Shown: positions 8,280 through 17,872, counted from the stretch's first letter. The stretch: 64,000 nucleotides of DNA from Vicinamibacterales bacterium (GCA_035250005.1 DATFFM010000106.1:9723-73722); one strand, 5' to 3'. Made by a program: numbers and translations. Notes: generated by a model not told the origin, from the letters alone.

Positions 8280-10604
8280 ATGCCTCATCGTTTCGCGGGT
8301 CTCGCCTTCCTTCTGGCCATCACGGCATTCACGGGCTGTTCACGAAGCACGGGTTCCTTCTCGGAGCGGAACGCGCGGGCCCACGTCGAGGTGCTGGCGG
8401 GCACGATCGGCAGCCGGCCGTCGGGGACGGAGGCGCACGCAAAGGCGCGCGCCTACGTCATCGACCAGCTGAAGATCTTTGGCTACCAGGTGCGGGTGCA
8501 GGAGGCCGACGCGCGGCGGCCCGAGCTCGGACGCAGCGCCCGTGTCGCCAACATCATCGGGATCCTGCCCGGGCCGCGGCGCGAAGCGATCGGCCTGCTG
8601 TCCCATTACGACTCCCGGGGCGATACACCGGGGGCGGGCGACGATGCCTTTGGCGTGGCGGTGTCGCTCGAGGCGGCGCGCCTGATTGCCGCATCGAGTG
8701 CGCGCCAGTGGACGACATACGTGCTGGTCACCGACGCCGAAGAAGAAGGACTGATGGGCGCGGCGGCGCTCATGAACGACCCCGAGGTCAGGGACCACCT
8801 CTCCGCCTACATCAACATCGAGTCGACCGGGTCGGGCGGGCCCGTGATGCTGTTCGAGACCGGGCCCGGCAACGAGTGGCTGGTCGATCGCTGGGCACGG
8901 CGGGCGCCGCGGCCGCGCGGTGGTTCGTTCGCCCTCGAGATCTACAAGCGGCTGCCGAACGACACCGATTTCTCGATCATGAAGCAGCACGGGGTGCCGG
9001 GCCTGAACTTCGCGGCCGTCGGTGACAGCTACACGTACCATACCGCCCGCGACACACCCGACCGGCTCTCGCCGCGCGCCCTGAGCGAAACCGGCGACAA
9101 CGTCGTCGCCATCGTCGAGGCGCTTCAAGGCACCGACATCACGGCGAGAACGACGGCGGACGCCACCTATTTCGACATCTCCGGCACGGCGGGCGTCAGC
9201 TACGGCACGCTGGGCGCGTGGGCCACGTCGGTGCTCGCGCTGATTCTCGGGGCCCTCGGCTGGCTGCGGGTGACGCGGTTCCTGCTGCACGAGGAAGGGT
9301 TCGGGCGGTGGCTGCTCGGGCTCGTCTGGATGATCATTGCGGTAGCCGTGACGGCAGCCGCCATGGTCGGCGCCGCCGCCGCGCTTCGAGCCGCGCGCGA
9401 GGTGTACCACCCCTGGTACGCGCGGCCGGACCGTTTGTTCCTGATGGTCGCGGCGGTCGGCGGGGCGGTCGGGTGGATGATGGCGCGGGCGGGCCGATGG
9501 ATCCCCGTGCGCGCGCGCGGCCTGCGGCATCCTGCCATCGCCTGGACGTATACGCTGCCGGTGTGGATCGCGCTGGCCCTGTTCGTCTTCTGGGCCGCAC
9601 CGGCGGCTGCCTACCTCTGGACGTGGCCGCTGCTGACCGCGGGCCTGCTTCTGCTGCTGGTGCCGGCGTCCAATGCCGGTGCGGTTCGAATCGCCTCGGT
9701 CGTCATTCTTGCGGTCGCGGCGACGCTCTGGCTCCGCGATATGGTGGAGCTGCTTCGTTTCATGGTGGCGGTCTTCGGGCGGCTGCCCATCGTCACGCCG
9801 GTTTATGTGTATCCGGCGCTGATCGCGGGCGCCGGCCTGATGGTCGCGCCGCCGCTGTTCGCCGCCACGGTCAGGCCGCTGCCGCTCCTGCGCCCGTCGC
9901 TCGCCACCGCCCTGGCGCTGGCGGGTGTGGCGGCAACGATGCTCGCAGCCTGGCTGGCGCCGGCCTACACGCCGGAGCAGCCCCTGCGCCGGTACGTCCG
10001 CGCCATCCAGGAGCCGGGTACCCCGACCTCGCTCTGGAAGGTCGGATCCCTCGAGCCGGGGCTCGACCTGGGTGAAGGGGCGCCGCAGGGATGGAACACG
10101 ACGGAACCGTCGGTTCAGAGCATTCCCTGGGGATCGCTGGCGCAACCGTTCGTCTTCTCGACGACGAGCGCGCCGCTGCCGGCGGCGCCGGCATCTGTGA
10201 CCGGCTACGCCACGGCACCGGCTGCGGACGGCGCGGGCACGACGCTGTCGGTCTCGGTGATCCCGAAGGAGCCGTCGCTGGCCGTCTCGTTCGTGCTGCC
10301 GGCCGGGGTCGTTCCCGCGCGGAGCAATTTCCCCGGCGTCATTCGCCTCGGCCGATGGACGGCCACCTTCTACGCGCCGCCGCCCGAGGGGATCGCCTGG
10401 CAGGCGACGTTCGCCTCGGTCACGCCGGAGCAGCTGAAAGCCGTCCGCGTGGCGGTCACGTCGAGCGGCCTGCCGGGAGCCCCCGGCTGGCAGCGCCTCC
10501 CGGCCTGGCTGCCGCAGGAACGGGCGGTGTGGAACGGCTGGTTCACCTGGGTCCTGGATCCGTCCGCGCCGCCGCCGATTGAACCGGTCCCCCCGTTACG
10601 TTAA
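8280..10604 (+). CDS. M28-family metallopeptidase fused to a multi-pass membrane domain, lipoprotein-type signal
   Basis: Start ATG 8280 (LAFLLAITAFTGC lipobox). M28 motifs HYDSRGDTPGAGDDAFGV, DAEEEGLMGA, NIESTGSGGP. About nine hydrophobic segments follow, then a C-terminal soluble tail. The upstream part of track ORF 7920.. overlaps hisA and is discarded. Confidence 0.8.
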   Translation: MPHRFAGLAFLLAITAFTGCSRSTGSFSERNARAHVEVLAGTIGSRPSGTEAHAKARAYVIDQLKIFGYQVRVQEADARRPELGRSARVANIIGILPGPRREAIGLLSHYDSRGDTPGAGDDAFGVAVSLEAARLIAASSARQWTTYVLVTDAEEEGLMGAAALMNDPEVRDHLSAYINIESTGSGGPVMLFETGPGNEWLVDRWARRAPRPRGGSFALEIYKRLPNDTDFSIMKQHGVPGLNFAAVGDSYTYHTARDTPDRLSPRALSETGDNVVAIVEALQGTDITARTTADATYFDISGTAGVSYGTLGAWATSVLALILGALGWLRVTRFLLHEEGFGRWLLGLVWMIIAVAVTAAAMVGAAAALRAAREVYHPWYARPDRLFLMVAAVGGAVGWMMARAGRWIPVRARGLRHPAIAWTYTLPVWIALALFVFWAAPAAAYLWTWPLLTAGLLLLLVPASNAGAVRIASVVILAVAATLWLRDMVELLRFMVAVFGRLPIVTPVYVYPALIAGAGLMVAPPLFAATVRPLPLLRPSLATALALAGVAATMLAAWLAPAYTPEQPLRRYVRAIQEPGTPTSLWKVGSLEPGLDLGEGAPQGWNTTEPSVQSIPWGSLAQPFVFSTTSAPLPAAPASVTGYATAPAADGAGTTLSVSVIPKEPSLAVSFVLPAGVVPARSNFPGVIRLGRWTATFYAPPPEGIAWQATFASVTPEQLKAVRVAVTSSGLPGAPGWQRLPAWLPQERAVWNGWFTWVLDPSAPPPIEPVPPLR

Positions 10605-10637
10605 ACTACGTAACCGTTACGGTGGATGGTGTAACGG
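10593..10637. promoter_or_regulatory. four GTTACG/CGTAAC half-sites (candidate operator or RNA hairpins) upstream of the ATPase gene
   Basis: CCGTTACG 10593-10600; perfect palindrome CGTAAC-c-GTTACG 10609-10621; GTAACGG 10631-10637. All lie in the 39-nt gap between stop 10604 and ATG 10644. Confidence 0.35.
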
Positions 10638-10643
10638 CCCGCC

Positions 10644-11789
10644 ATGCCCAATCCCTTCGTCTACGGAGAAGTCGTCCCGGCGGCGTCGTTCGTCGATCGT
10701 GAGGCGGAACTCGACCGGCTCACCGGGGACCTCCTGGCCGGGCAGAAGGTGTTTCTCATCTCTCCCCGCCGGTACGGCAAGTCGTCGCTGGTCGTCCAGG
10801 CGCTCCGGTCGGCCGCCAGGCACGGCGCCCTGACGGTCGACGTCACGGTCAGCAGCTACAGCTCCTACGTCGCATTTCTCGAGGGCTATGCGCGGGCGCT
10901 GCTCTCCATCGAAACCCGGGCCGACAAGGTGCGTGCCTGGCTCCGCGACATGCTCGGCGGCGTCCGTCCGGAGGTTCGCTTCGAACCAGACCACGCAGGC
11001 CGCAGCCAGGTCGCCATCTCCTTCCCTTCGGCACGCACGGAGAAGGACGTTTCGCGCCTCGCTCAGGAGGTGTTCGCTCTGCCGGGACGGATTGCCGAGG
11101 CGCGCAAGAGAAGGCTGGCGGTCGCGCTCGACGAGTTTCAGGCCATCGGTGCGTTCAATGGCGGCAGCGTCGAGCACGCCCTGCGCGCCGCCGTCCAGCA
11201 CCAGCGGCAGGTCGGGTATGTCTTCTCCGGGTCGGAGCCCGCGCTGATGGAACGCATGCTGGGCCGGAGCCGGCCGTTCTACAAGGCCGGACCGGTCATG
11301 CGGCTGCAGAAAATCCCCGAAGGCCGGTTCGCCGACTTTCTCGAGGCCCGCTTCCGCGCCACAGGCCTGAAGCCGGTCGAGGGCCTCGGTCCCGCGATCG
11401 TCGAGCTCGCCGGCAACCTGCCCTACGACGTGCAGCGCCTCGCGCACGAAGTGTGGGACGACGTGAAGGCAGCGGGGCGGCGGGCGGTCAGCCTCGACGA
11501 CCTGCATACGACGCTCACCCGGCTGCTCGGCGAACACGAAACATTGTTCGAGAGCATGTGGCAGCGGCTGACGCTCGCGCAGCGGGCCGCGCTTCGCGCG
11601 GTGGTCCTCCAGGACGGCCTCGAGCTGCTCTCGGCCGACACCCGCGCGCGGCACCGGCTCACCGGCGCTTCGACGGTGCAGGCGTCGCTCGCCGCGCTCG
11701 TCCGCGAAGATATCCTCACCCGCGAAGGCCCTCGCTACGTCGTCGTCGATTCGCTCTTGCGGGAGTGGGTGGCGCGCCACACCTTCTAG
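10644..11789 (+). CDS. AAA-type ATPase (archaeal-ATPase/DUF234-like) with C-terminal winged-helix-like region
   Basis: FVDREAELDRL, Walker A SPRRYGKSS, Walker B LAVALDEFQ, sensor-like YVFSGSE. Confidence 0.7.
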   Translation: MPNPFVYGEVVPAASFVDREAELDRLTGDLLAGQKVFLISPRRYGKSSLVVQALRSAARHGALTVDVTVSSYSSYVAFLEGYARALLSIETRADKVRAWLRDMLGGVRPEVRFEPDHAGRSQVAISFPSARTEKDVSRLAQEVFALPGRIAEARKRRLAVALDEFQAIGAFNGGSVEHALRAAVQHQRQVGYVFSGSEPALMERMLGRSRPFYKAGPVMRLQKIPEGRFADFLEARFRATGLKPVEGLGPAIVELAGNLPYDVQRLAHEVWDDVKAAGRRAVSLDDLHTTLTRLLGEHETLFESMWQRLTLAQRAALRAVVLQDGLELLSADTRARHRLTGASTVQASLAALVREDILTREGPRYVVVDSLLREWVARHTF

Positions 11790-11791
11790 CC

Positions 11792-13108
11792 ATGAGCTCT
11801 CTCCTCGATCGCGTCGGGCTCGGCCGGCCGGAGCTCCGGGCGTGGGCCCTGTACGATCTCGCCAACTCCGCGTACCAGACCACGATCATCGCGTCGGTGT
11901 TCCCGATTTACTTTCGACGGGTACTGGCCGCAGACCTGCCGGAGGCGGTGGCGCTGTCGCGGTTTGCCTGGGCGAGTGCAATCGCCGTTCTCGTGGTGGC
12001 GGTCCTCGCGCCGCTCCTGGGTGCGATCGCCGACCATGCTGCCATCAAGAAACGGCTGCTCGCCATGTTTGCGGGGACCGGGATCGCCTCCTGTTTCGCC
12101 ATGTTCTGGCTGACGGAGGGGGAGTGGCTGTTTGCCCTCGTCCTGTTCGTCATCGGCAACATCGGCGTGGCCGGAAGCATCGTGTTCTACGAGTCGCTCC
12201 TGCCGCATCTCGTCGGGCCGTCGGAACTGGACCGTGTCTCCACAGCGGGGTACGCGATCGGCTTTCTCGGCGGCGGCACGCTGCTGGCGATCAATCTCCT
12301 CATGATTCAGCGGCCTGCGCTGTTCGGCCTCGCTGACGCAGGCGCCGGCACCCGGCTCGCCCTGGCCAGCGTCGGGTTGTGGTGGCTGATCTTCTCGATC
12401 CCGCTCCTCGTGAAAGTGCCTGAACCGGCGGCGCTCGCGGGCGCCGGGCGGGAGCCGGCGTCGCTGACAGCGGGGGCGCGCCACCTGGCGGCGACGTTTC
12501 GCGAGCTCCGGAAGTACCGCAGCGCGCTCATGTTTCTGCTCGCGTTCTTCGTCTACAACGACGGCATCCAGACGATGATCAAGATGGCCGCCATCTATGG
12601 CGATACCATCGGCCTCGAATCCGCGTCGATGATCACCGCATTGCTTTTGACGCAGTTCATCGGCGTGCCGGCCGCGTTCGGTTTCGGCGCTCTCGCAGGG
12701 CGTCTTGGCGCGAAGGCCGCGGTCTACCTGGGGCTGGCGGTGTACATCCTGACCGCGGCGCTGGCGTACTACATGACGACGGCGTACCATTTCTACGCAC
12801 TGGCAGTGCTCGTCGGCCTCGTGCAGGGCGGCACACAGGCGTTGAGCCGGTCGATCTTTGCCAGCATGATCCCGCGACAGAAGTCGTCGGAGTTCTTCGC
12901 TTTCTTCGGCGTGTTCGAACGGTACGCCGGCGTGCTGGGCCCGGCGGTGTTTGCAATTGTCGTGTCCGTCAGCGGCCGGGGCCGGGCCGCGATTCTCGCG
13001 GTACTGCTCTTCTTCATCGTGGGAGCGATTCTGCTCACGCAGGTGGACGTCGACGGCGGCCGGCGCGAGGCACGGGCCGGGGAAGAAGAGCTGGCCACCG
13101 CTCACTGA
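11792..13108 (+). CDS. MFS transporter, UMF1/Atg22-like
   Basis: ATG 11792, 2 nt after the upstream stop. AWALYDLANSAYQTTIIASVFPIYF is typical of the UMF1 family. About 12 hydrophobic segments. Confidence 0.75.
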   Translation: MSSLLDRVGLGRPELRAWALYDLANSAYQTTIIASVFPIYFRRVLAADLPEAVALSRFAWASAIAVLVVAVLAPLLGAIADHAAIKKRLLAMFAGTGIASCFAMFWLTEGEWLFALVLFVIGNIGVAGSIVFYESLLPHLVGPSELDRVSTAGYAIGFLGGGTLLAINLLMIQRPALFGLADAGAGTRLALASVGLWWLIFSIPLLVKVPEPAALAGAGREPASLTAGARHLAATFRELRKYRSALMFLLAFFVYNDGIQTMIKMAAIYGDTIGLESASMITALLLTQFIGVPAAFGFGALAGRLGAKAAVYLGLAVYILTAALAYYMTTAYHFYALAVLVGLVQGGTQALSRSIFASMIPRQKSSEFFAFFGVFERYAGVLGPAVFAIVVSVSGRGRAAILAVLLFFIVGAILLTQVDVDGGRREARAGEEELATAH

Positions 13109-14418
13109 TGGCATCAGGTTCGCGAATCGTCCATCGTCTGGCGGCGGCGATCGCCCACATTTTCTACCGCGTGGACGTCGTGGGCGCGATCCCCGCCGGC
13201 GGTCCGGTGCTCCTGCTGCCGAACCACGCGAACGCACTGCTCGATCCGGCACTGGTCCTGGCCACCGCCGGGCGGCCGGTCCGCTTTCTCGCCAAGTCCA
13301 CGCTCTTCAGCGGTCCCTTCGCCCCGCTGCTGAAGGCCGCCGGCGCCATCCCAGTCTATCGAAGGCAGGACGGCGTCGACGGCAGCCAGAACGAACGGAC
13401 GTTCAGCGCCGTCGATTCGGCGCTCGGCAGCGGAGAAGCGATCTGCATTTTTCCCGAAGGGATCAGCCACTCCTCCGGACGGCTCGAGCCGCTCCGGACC
13501 GGCGCCGCGCGGATGGCGCTGTCGGCGGCGGCCGTGGGCGTCGATCTGCGGCTCGTGCCGGTCGGCATCAATCTCGAACACAAGACCATTTTCCGGTCCA
13601 GAGCGACGGTCGCGTATGGGACGCCGTTCGCTGTGCCCTGGTCTGGCGGCCGGATCCGCACTCCACCTCCGGCCGAGGAGGTCAAGGCATTGACCAGCGA
13701 GATCGCGACGCACATGCGCGCGCTGCTGATCGAGGCGGATCCGCGCGGCGACGCCGAGCTCGTGGCCCGCATCGACCGGCTCTACAGCGCCGAGCGCCCG
13801 CAACGCGATGATGCGCAGGCCACGCTGGTGCGCCGCAAGGCCATCGCGGACGCGCTGCACCGCCTGCGCGCGGAGCGTCCCGAGTGGTACGCATCGGCGC
13901 TCATCCAGCTGCGTCGCTACGACGACCGGCTGCAGCGGTTCGGGCTCCGGGATGCCGCGCTCGACTGGCAGATGACTCCGGCCGCGGCATGGCCCTTCAT
14001 CGCGCGCGAGGTGCCAGCGGCTGTTCTGCTCGTGCCGGTAGCGGCAGCGGCCCTGCTCGCCTTCGCCGTGCCCTACGGCCTCACGGCCGCGGCGTCCAGG
14101 CTGTCGAACGACATGGACGTCACGGCAACGGCGAAAGTGGTCGGTGGCGGCGTGCTCTATGCCGCATGGATCGCGGTCCTGTCGATGACGGCCGGGGCGC
14201 TCGGTGGAGCTGTTGCGGCGATCATGGTCCTCGCCGGCCTGCCACTGCTCGCCGTTGCGGGTCTCTTCGCCATCGAGCGTGAAGCGGCGGCGTGGCAGAC
14301 CGCCCGTTCGTGGCTCGCGCTTCGCGTCGCACGCGAGACGACCAGAGAGGCGCTCAAACGCCGGCGCGCTGAGCTGGCCGGCGTGCTCGACGAGGTGAAC
14401 GAGTGGCTGCGGAGGTAA
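13108..14418 (+). CDS. PlsC/GPAT-type acyltransferase with C-terminal membrane segments
   Basis: HX4D box LLLPNHANALLD, IFPEGISH, PLRTGAARMAL. TGATG stop/start overlap with the MFS gene. Two or three C-terminal TM helices. Confidence 0.75.
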   Translation: MASGSRIVHRLAAAIAHIFYRVDVVGAIPAGGPVLLLPNHANALLDPALVLATAGRPVRFLAKSTLFSGPFAPLLKAAGAIPVYRRQDGVDGSQNERTFSAVDSALGSGEAICIFPEGISHSSGRLEPLRTGAARMALSAAAVGVDLRLVPVGINLEHKTIFRSRATVAYGTPFAVPWSGGRIRTPPPAEEVKALTSEIATHMRALLIEADPRGDAELVARIDRLYSAERPQRDDAQATLVRRKAIADALHRLRAERPEWYASALIQLRRYDDRLQRFGLRDAALDWQMTPAAAWPFIAREVPAAVLLVPVAAAALLAFAVPYGLTAAASRLSNDMDVTATAKVVGGGVLYAAWIAVLSMTAGALGGAVAAIMVLAGLPLLAVAGLFAIEREAAAWQTARSWLALRVARETTREALKRRRAELAGVLDEVNEWLRR

Positions 14419-14427
14419 TCTAACGGG

Positions 14428-15906
14428 ATGCTGCTGTCGGAGCTGGCCGCCGGGTACGAGATCCGCGGCACCTCGAACCCCGACATCTCCGGTATCAGCG
14501 AAGACAGCCGCCGCATCGGGCCGGGCATGCTGTTCGTCGCGGTCCGCGGCACGGCGGAAGATGGCCATCATTACATCGCCGATGCGCTCGCGCGAGGTGC
14601 GGCCGCGATCGCCGCCGAAGCGCTTCCACCATCTCCAGACGTTCCGGTGGTTCGCTTGAAGGCCTCACGCGCCGCCCTGGCGGACTTCGCGTCGCGCTTT
14701 GCCGGGCATCCCGCAAGAGACCTGACCCTGATCGGCTTCACCGGCACATTCGGCAAGACCAGCACCAGCGCCATCCTGCAAGGGCTCCTGGCCGCCGGCG
14801 GAGCCAGAGTGGCCGTGCTCGGCTCGCTCGGCGCGCGTTACCGCGACTTCTCCGTTCCCGGTTCGGGCCTGACCACGCCGGCGCCGGTGGAGCTGCACCG
14901 TGCGCTGCGTGACTTGAAGGATGCCGGCGCCGACACGGTGATCGTCGAGGTCACGAGCCATGCGTTGCGTCTCGAACGGGTCGCCGGCCTCATGTTTTCG
15001 GGCGGGCTCTTGTCGGCGATCATGCCAGGCGAGCACTCCGACTTCCACGGTTCGTACGACGAGTACGTCGCGGCCAAACGGCTCTTTCTGAACCACCTGT
15101 CGCCCGGCGCGACGCTTGCCTTCGATGCCGACAATCACGCGGCGCGCACGCTGGCCCGTGATGCAGCGGTGGCGGTGCGGGCCGGCGTGTCGCTGCACGG
15201 CCGGACGACCGATGTGCGGCTGATGCACGTCGGCCTGGATCACACCGGGGCCCGCTTCACCATCAACGGGCGCCGCCTGCACAGCCCGCTGCTCGGGCAG
15301 GGCCATCTGAAGAACGTGGCGCTGGCGCTGACCTACGCGTTCGCAGCCGGGGTCACGATCGATCAGGCGCGGACGGTGCTGCGGCGGCTGAAGCCTCTCC
15401 GGCGCCGCATGGAAACCTACACGGTGGGCGGACGCCTGGTGCTCGACGACACGGCCGGGCACCCCGACAGCCTCCAGGCGACCTTCGATGTGGCCGCCAT
15501 GCTGGCGCGATCACCCGCGGTGCGGGCCGACGGCCGCGTGGCCGTCGTCTACGCCATCCGGGGCAGCCGCGGCGACGACATCAACCACCGCAACGCAACC
15601 GCGCTCGCCGATCTCGCGGCGGAACATGGCGTCAGCCGCCTGATCCTGACCGCCTCAGCCGACGCTGCCGGACCGAACGACCGCGCGACCGCCGACGAAG
15701 TGGCCGCCGCGCGCCGAGCACTCGCGGCGCGTTATCAGAAATTCGACTGGTTCGACGATCTCGAAGGGGCCGTACTCGAAGCCATAGCGGCAACGAGTCC
15801 GGGCGACCTGATCGTGCTGGCCGGCGCGCAGGGGATGAACGAGGCCGCGAGCTTTCTCAGTGCAGCAGATGCTGTTGAGCGAACAGGATCCACGTATAGA
15901 AGTTGA
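14428..15906 (+). CDS. Mur ligase family protein, divergent MurE/MurF-like paralogue
   Basis: N-domain DSRRIGPGMLFVAVRGTAEDGHHYIADALARGAAA, P-loop GFTGTFGKTSTS, EVTSHAL, AAKRLF. The canonical MurE DNPR and GGDRD motifs are replaced (ASADAAGPNDR, RGSRGDD). Not in a dcw context. Confidence 0.7.
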   Translation: MLLSELAAGYEIRGTSNPDISGISEDSRRIGPGMLFVAVRGTAEDGHHYIADALARGAAAIAAEALPPSPDVPVVRLKASRAALADFASRFAGHPARDLTLIGFTGTFGKTSTSAILQGLLAAGGARVAVLGSLGARYRDFSVPGSGLTTPAPVELHRALRDLKDAGADTVIVEVTSHALRLERVAGLMFSGGLLSAIMPGEHSDFHGSYDEYVAAKRLFLNHLSPGATLAFDADNHAARTLARDAAVAVRAGVSLHGRTTDVRLMHVGLDHTGARFTINGRRLHSPLLGQGHLKNVALALTYAFAAGVTIDQARTVLRRLKPLRRRMETYTVGGRLVLDDTAGHPDSLQATFDVAAMLARSPAVRADGRVAVVYAIRGSRGDDINHRNATALADLAAEHGVSRLILTASADAAGPNDRATADEVAAARRALAARYQKFDWFDDLEGAVLEAIAATSPGDLIVLAGAQGMNEAASFLSAADAVERTGSTYRS

Positions 15907-17791
15907 AGTTGGAGTTCGCCAGTGTCCGCGGGAAATTCTCGTGGCCCGCGTCGTCGTAGACGACGAGCCAGACCGGCACGCCGGCGTCCTTCAGGGCCTT
16001 GTGCATCGATTCGGCCTGCGCGATCGGCACCCGCACATCCTGCCGGCCGTGGGCGATCATCACCGGCGCCTTGATCCGGGGAGCCAGCGTCACCGGCGAC
16101 ACGCCGGTCAAAAAATCGCGCATGCCGGAATCGCGCTCGTCGCCGTACTCGGCGCGGCGGTCCTGCTGCCGGCCGGGTTCGGTGTTCTCGAGGTAGGTGA
16201 CGAAGTTGGAGATCGCCACTGCCGCAAACGCGCAGCGGATCCGCTCCGGGTAGTGCGCCGCCACCGCGTAGGTCATGTATCCGCCATAGCTGGCGCCGGT
16301 GACCATGACCCGTGCGGCGTCGAGGTACGGCTGGCGCGAGATCCAGTCGAGCAGCGAACCGATGTCTTTCACCGCGTCCTCGCGGTTGCGTCCGTCGTCG
16401 AGCTTCTCGAAGCTGCGGCCGAACCCGAAGCTGCCGCGGACGTTCGGATACACGATCGCGATCCCCATCTCGTTGAGAAAGTACCCGCTGCGGCCCTGGA
16501 AGCGCGGCCGCTCGCGCGCATCGTTCGGCCCGCCATGAATATTGATCATCACCGGCCGCGGACCCTTGAACGACGACGGCGGACGGTAGAGCACGCCCGA
16601 GATCGTCTTGCCGTCGAAGCTCCGCCAGCGGACGATCTCCGGCTCCGGCAGCGTGGCGGCGTCGATGCCCCCCACCGGGCTGTTGGTCCAGCGGGAAATC
16701 GCGCCGGACCTCGCATTGACGCTGAAGACGTCTCCCTGCATCCGGACGGAGCCGAACGTGAACCCGACCTCCGTCCCGGACCGATGCCACTGCACGTCGG
16801 TGATCTGACCGGCGGGCAGCTCTGGCCGTACCCGAGACCTGAGCGTTCTTGCGTCCAGCAGTTCGAGCCGGCTGGACGCATCGCGATCGAACACGACGGC
16901 GATCGTCCGGCCGTCGGGCGACACCGCAGCCGCCTCCACCGAATCGCCGTCATCCGTCAACGGTGTCCATTTCGCGTCGCGCCAGCGCCAGAGGCGGGCG
17001 AGCTCGCTTCCCCGGTTGCTGACCGCGTAGATTGACCGGCCGTCCGGGGAGTAATGCGCCGAGGACCAGATCGACGGCGGCTCGTCTCGGTTCAGCGGAG
17101 TCAGCAGCGTGCGCCTGCCGGTCTGGATCTCCACCGTCCACAACGCCGTGTCGTTGCCGGGCAGCATCTCGACCGCGAGAATCGAGCGGTCGTCGGGTGA
17201 CCACGCGGCAACGAACCACGATCCGGTCACCTGCATCAGCATCCGCGACGTCTTTGGATTCTTCGGGTCGAGAACGTAGATGTCGCGGTCCTTGCCGTTG
17301 CGGCGGTTGGACTCGAATGCGATCCGGCCGCTCTTCGACGACCATGCCGGCACGCCGTTCAGCGATTTGCCGTCGGTCAGAATCGCCGCGCGGCCCGGTC
17401 CGGACCTCCACAGCTGGTGGGTCTCGGCGCCGCCCGTATCCTTCCGATAGACGAACCAGTCGCCGCCCGCGGGGCTGTATGCCGCGTCGCCGCTGACGCC
17501 ATCAGCCAGCGACGTCACCGGCTTCGGCGGTTTCCCCGGCGCCTCGACGGCGTGGACCTGGGGCGCCTTGCCGGTTGTGGTCGAGACCAGCATTGCGCGC
17601 TTCGTTGGATGCCACGAGAGCAGCGCCGCCCGCCGGAACTGCGCGTACGGACCGAGCTTCTCGGCGATCGCTGCGGGCACGGGGGGCAGCCCTTGGACCT
17701 TGATGTTTGCCGGGACCGGCAGTACCGCGCCCTGACCCGCCAGCACGCCTCCGGTCAGGAGGACGGCGGCGATCCGTACCAGAAAACGCAT
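15857..17791 (-). CDS. S9 family serine peptidase (beta-propeller plus alpha/beta hydrolase), secreted
   Basis: ATG 17791 with GAGGTG SD gives signal peptide MRFLVRIAAVLLTGGVLAG. GxSxGG nucleophile GASYGGYMT; HGRQDVRVP; DDAGHENF. Confidence 0.85.
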   Translation of the reverse strand: MRFLVRIAAVLLTGGVLAGQGAVLPVPANIKVQGLPPVPAAIAEKLGPYAQFRRAALLSWHPTKRAMLVSTTTGKAPQVHAVEAPGKPPKPVTSLADGVSGDAAYSPAGGDWFVYRKDTGGAETHQLWRSGPGRAAILTDGKSLNGVPAWSSKSGRIAFESNRRNGKDRDIYVLDPKNPKTSRMLMQVTGSWFVAAWSPDDRSILAVEMLPGNDTALWTVEIQTGRRTLLTPLNRDEPPSIWSSAHYSPDGRSIYAVSNRGSELARLWRWRDAKWTPLTDDGDSVEAAAVSPDGRTIAVVFDRDASSRLELLDARTLRSRVRPELPAGQITDVQWHRSGTEVGFTFGSVRMQGDVFSVNARSGAISRWTNSPVGGIDAATLPEPEIVRWRSFDGKTISGVLYRPPSSFKGPRPVMINIHGGPNDARERPRFQGRSGYFLNEMGIAIVYPNVRGSFGFGRSFEKLDDGRNREDAVKDIGSLLDWISRQPYLDAARVMVTGASYGGYMTYAVAAHYPERIRCAFAAVAISNFVTYLENTEPGRQQDRRAEYGDERDSGMRDFLTGVSPVTLAPRIKAPVMIAHGRQDVRVPIAQAESMHKALKDAGVPVWLVVYDDAGHENFPRTLANSNFNFYTWILFAQQHLLH

Positions 17792-17872
17792 GGCACCTCG
17801 TCGGAAATGGGGGGGAGTAGACGCATTATAGTGCAAACCCGCAGGAGACCCCCTGCGTCAAAGGACTGAGAC

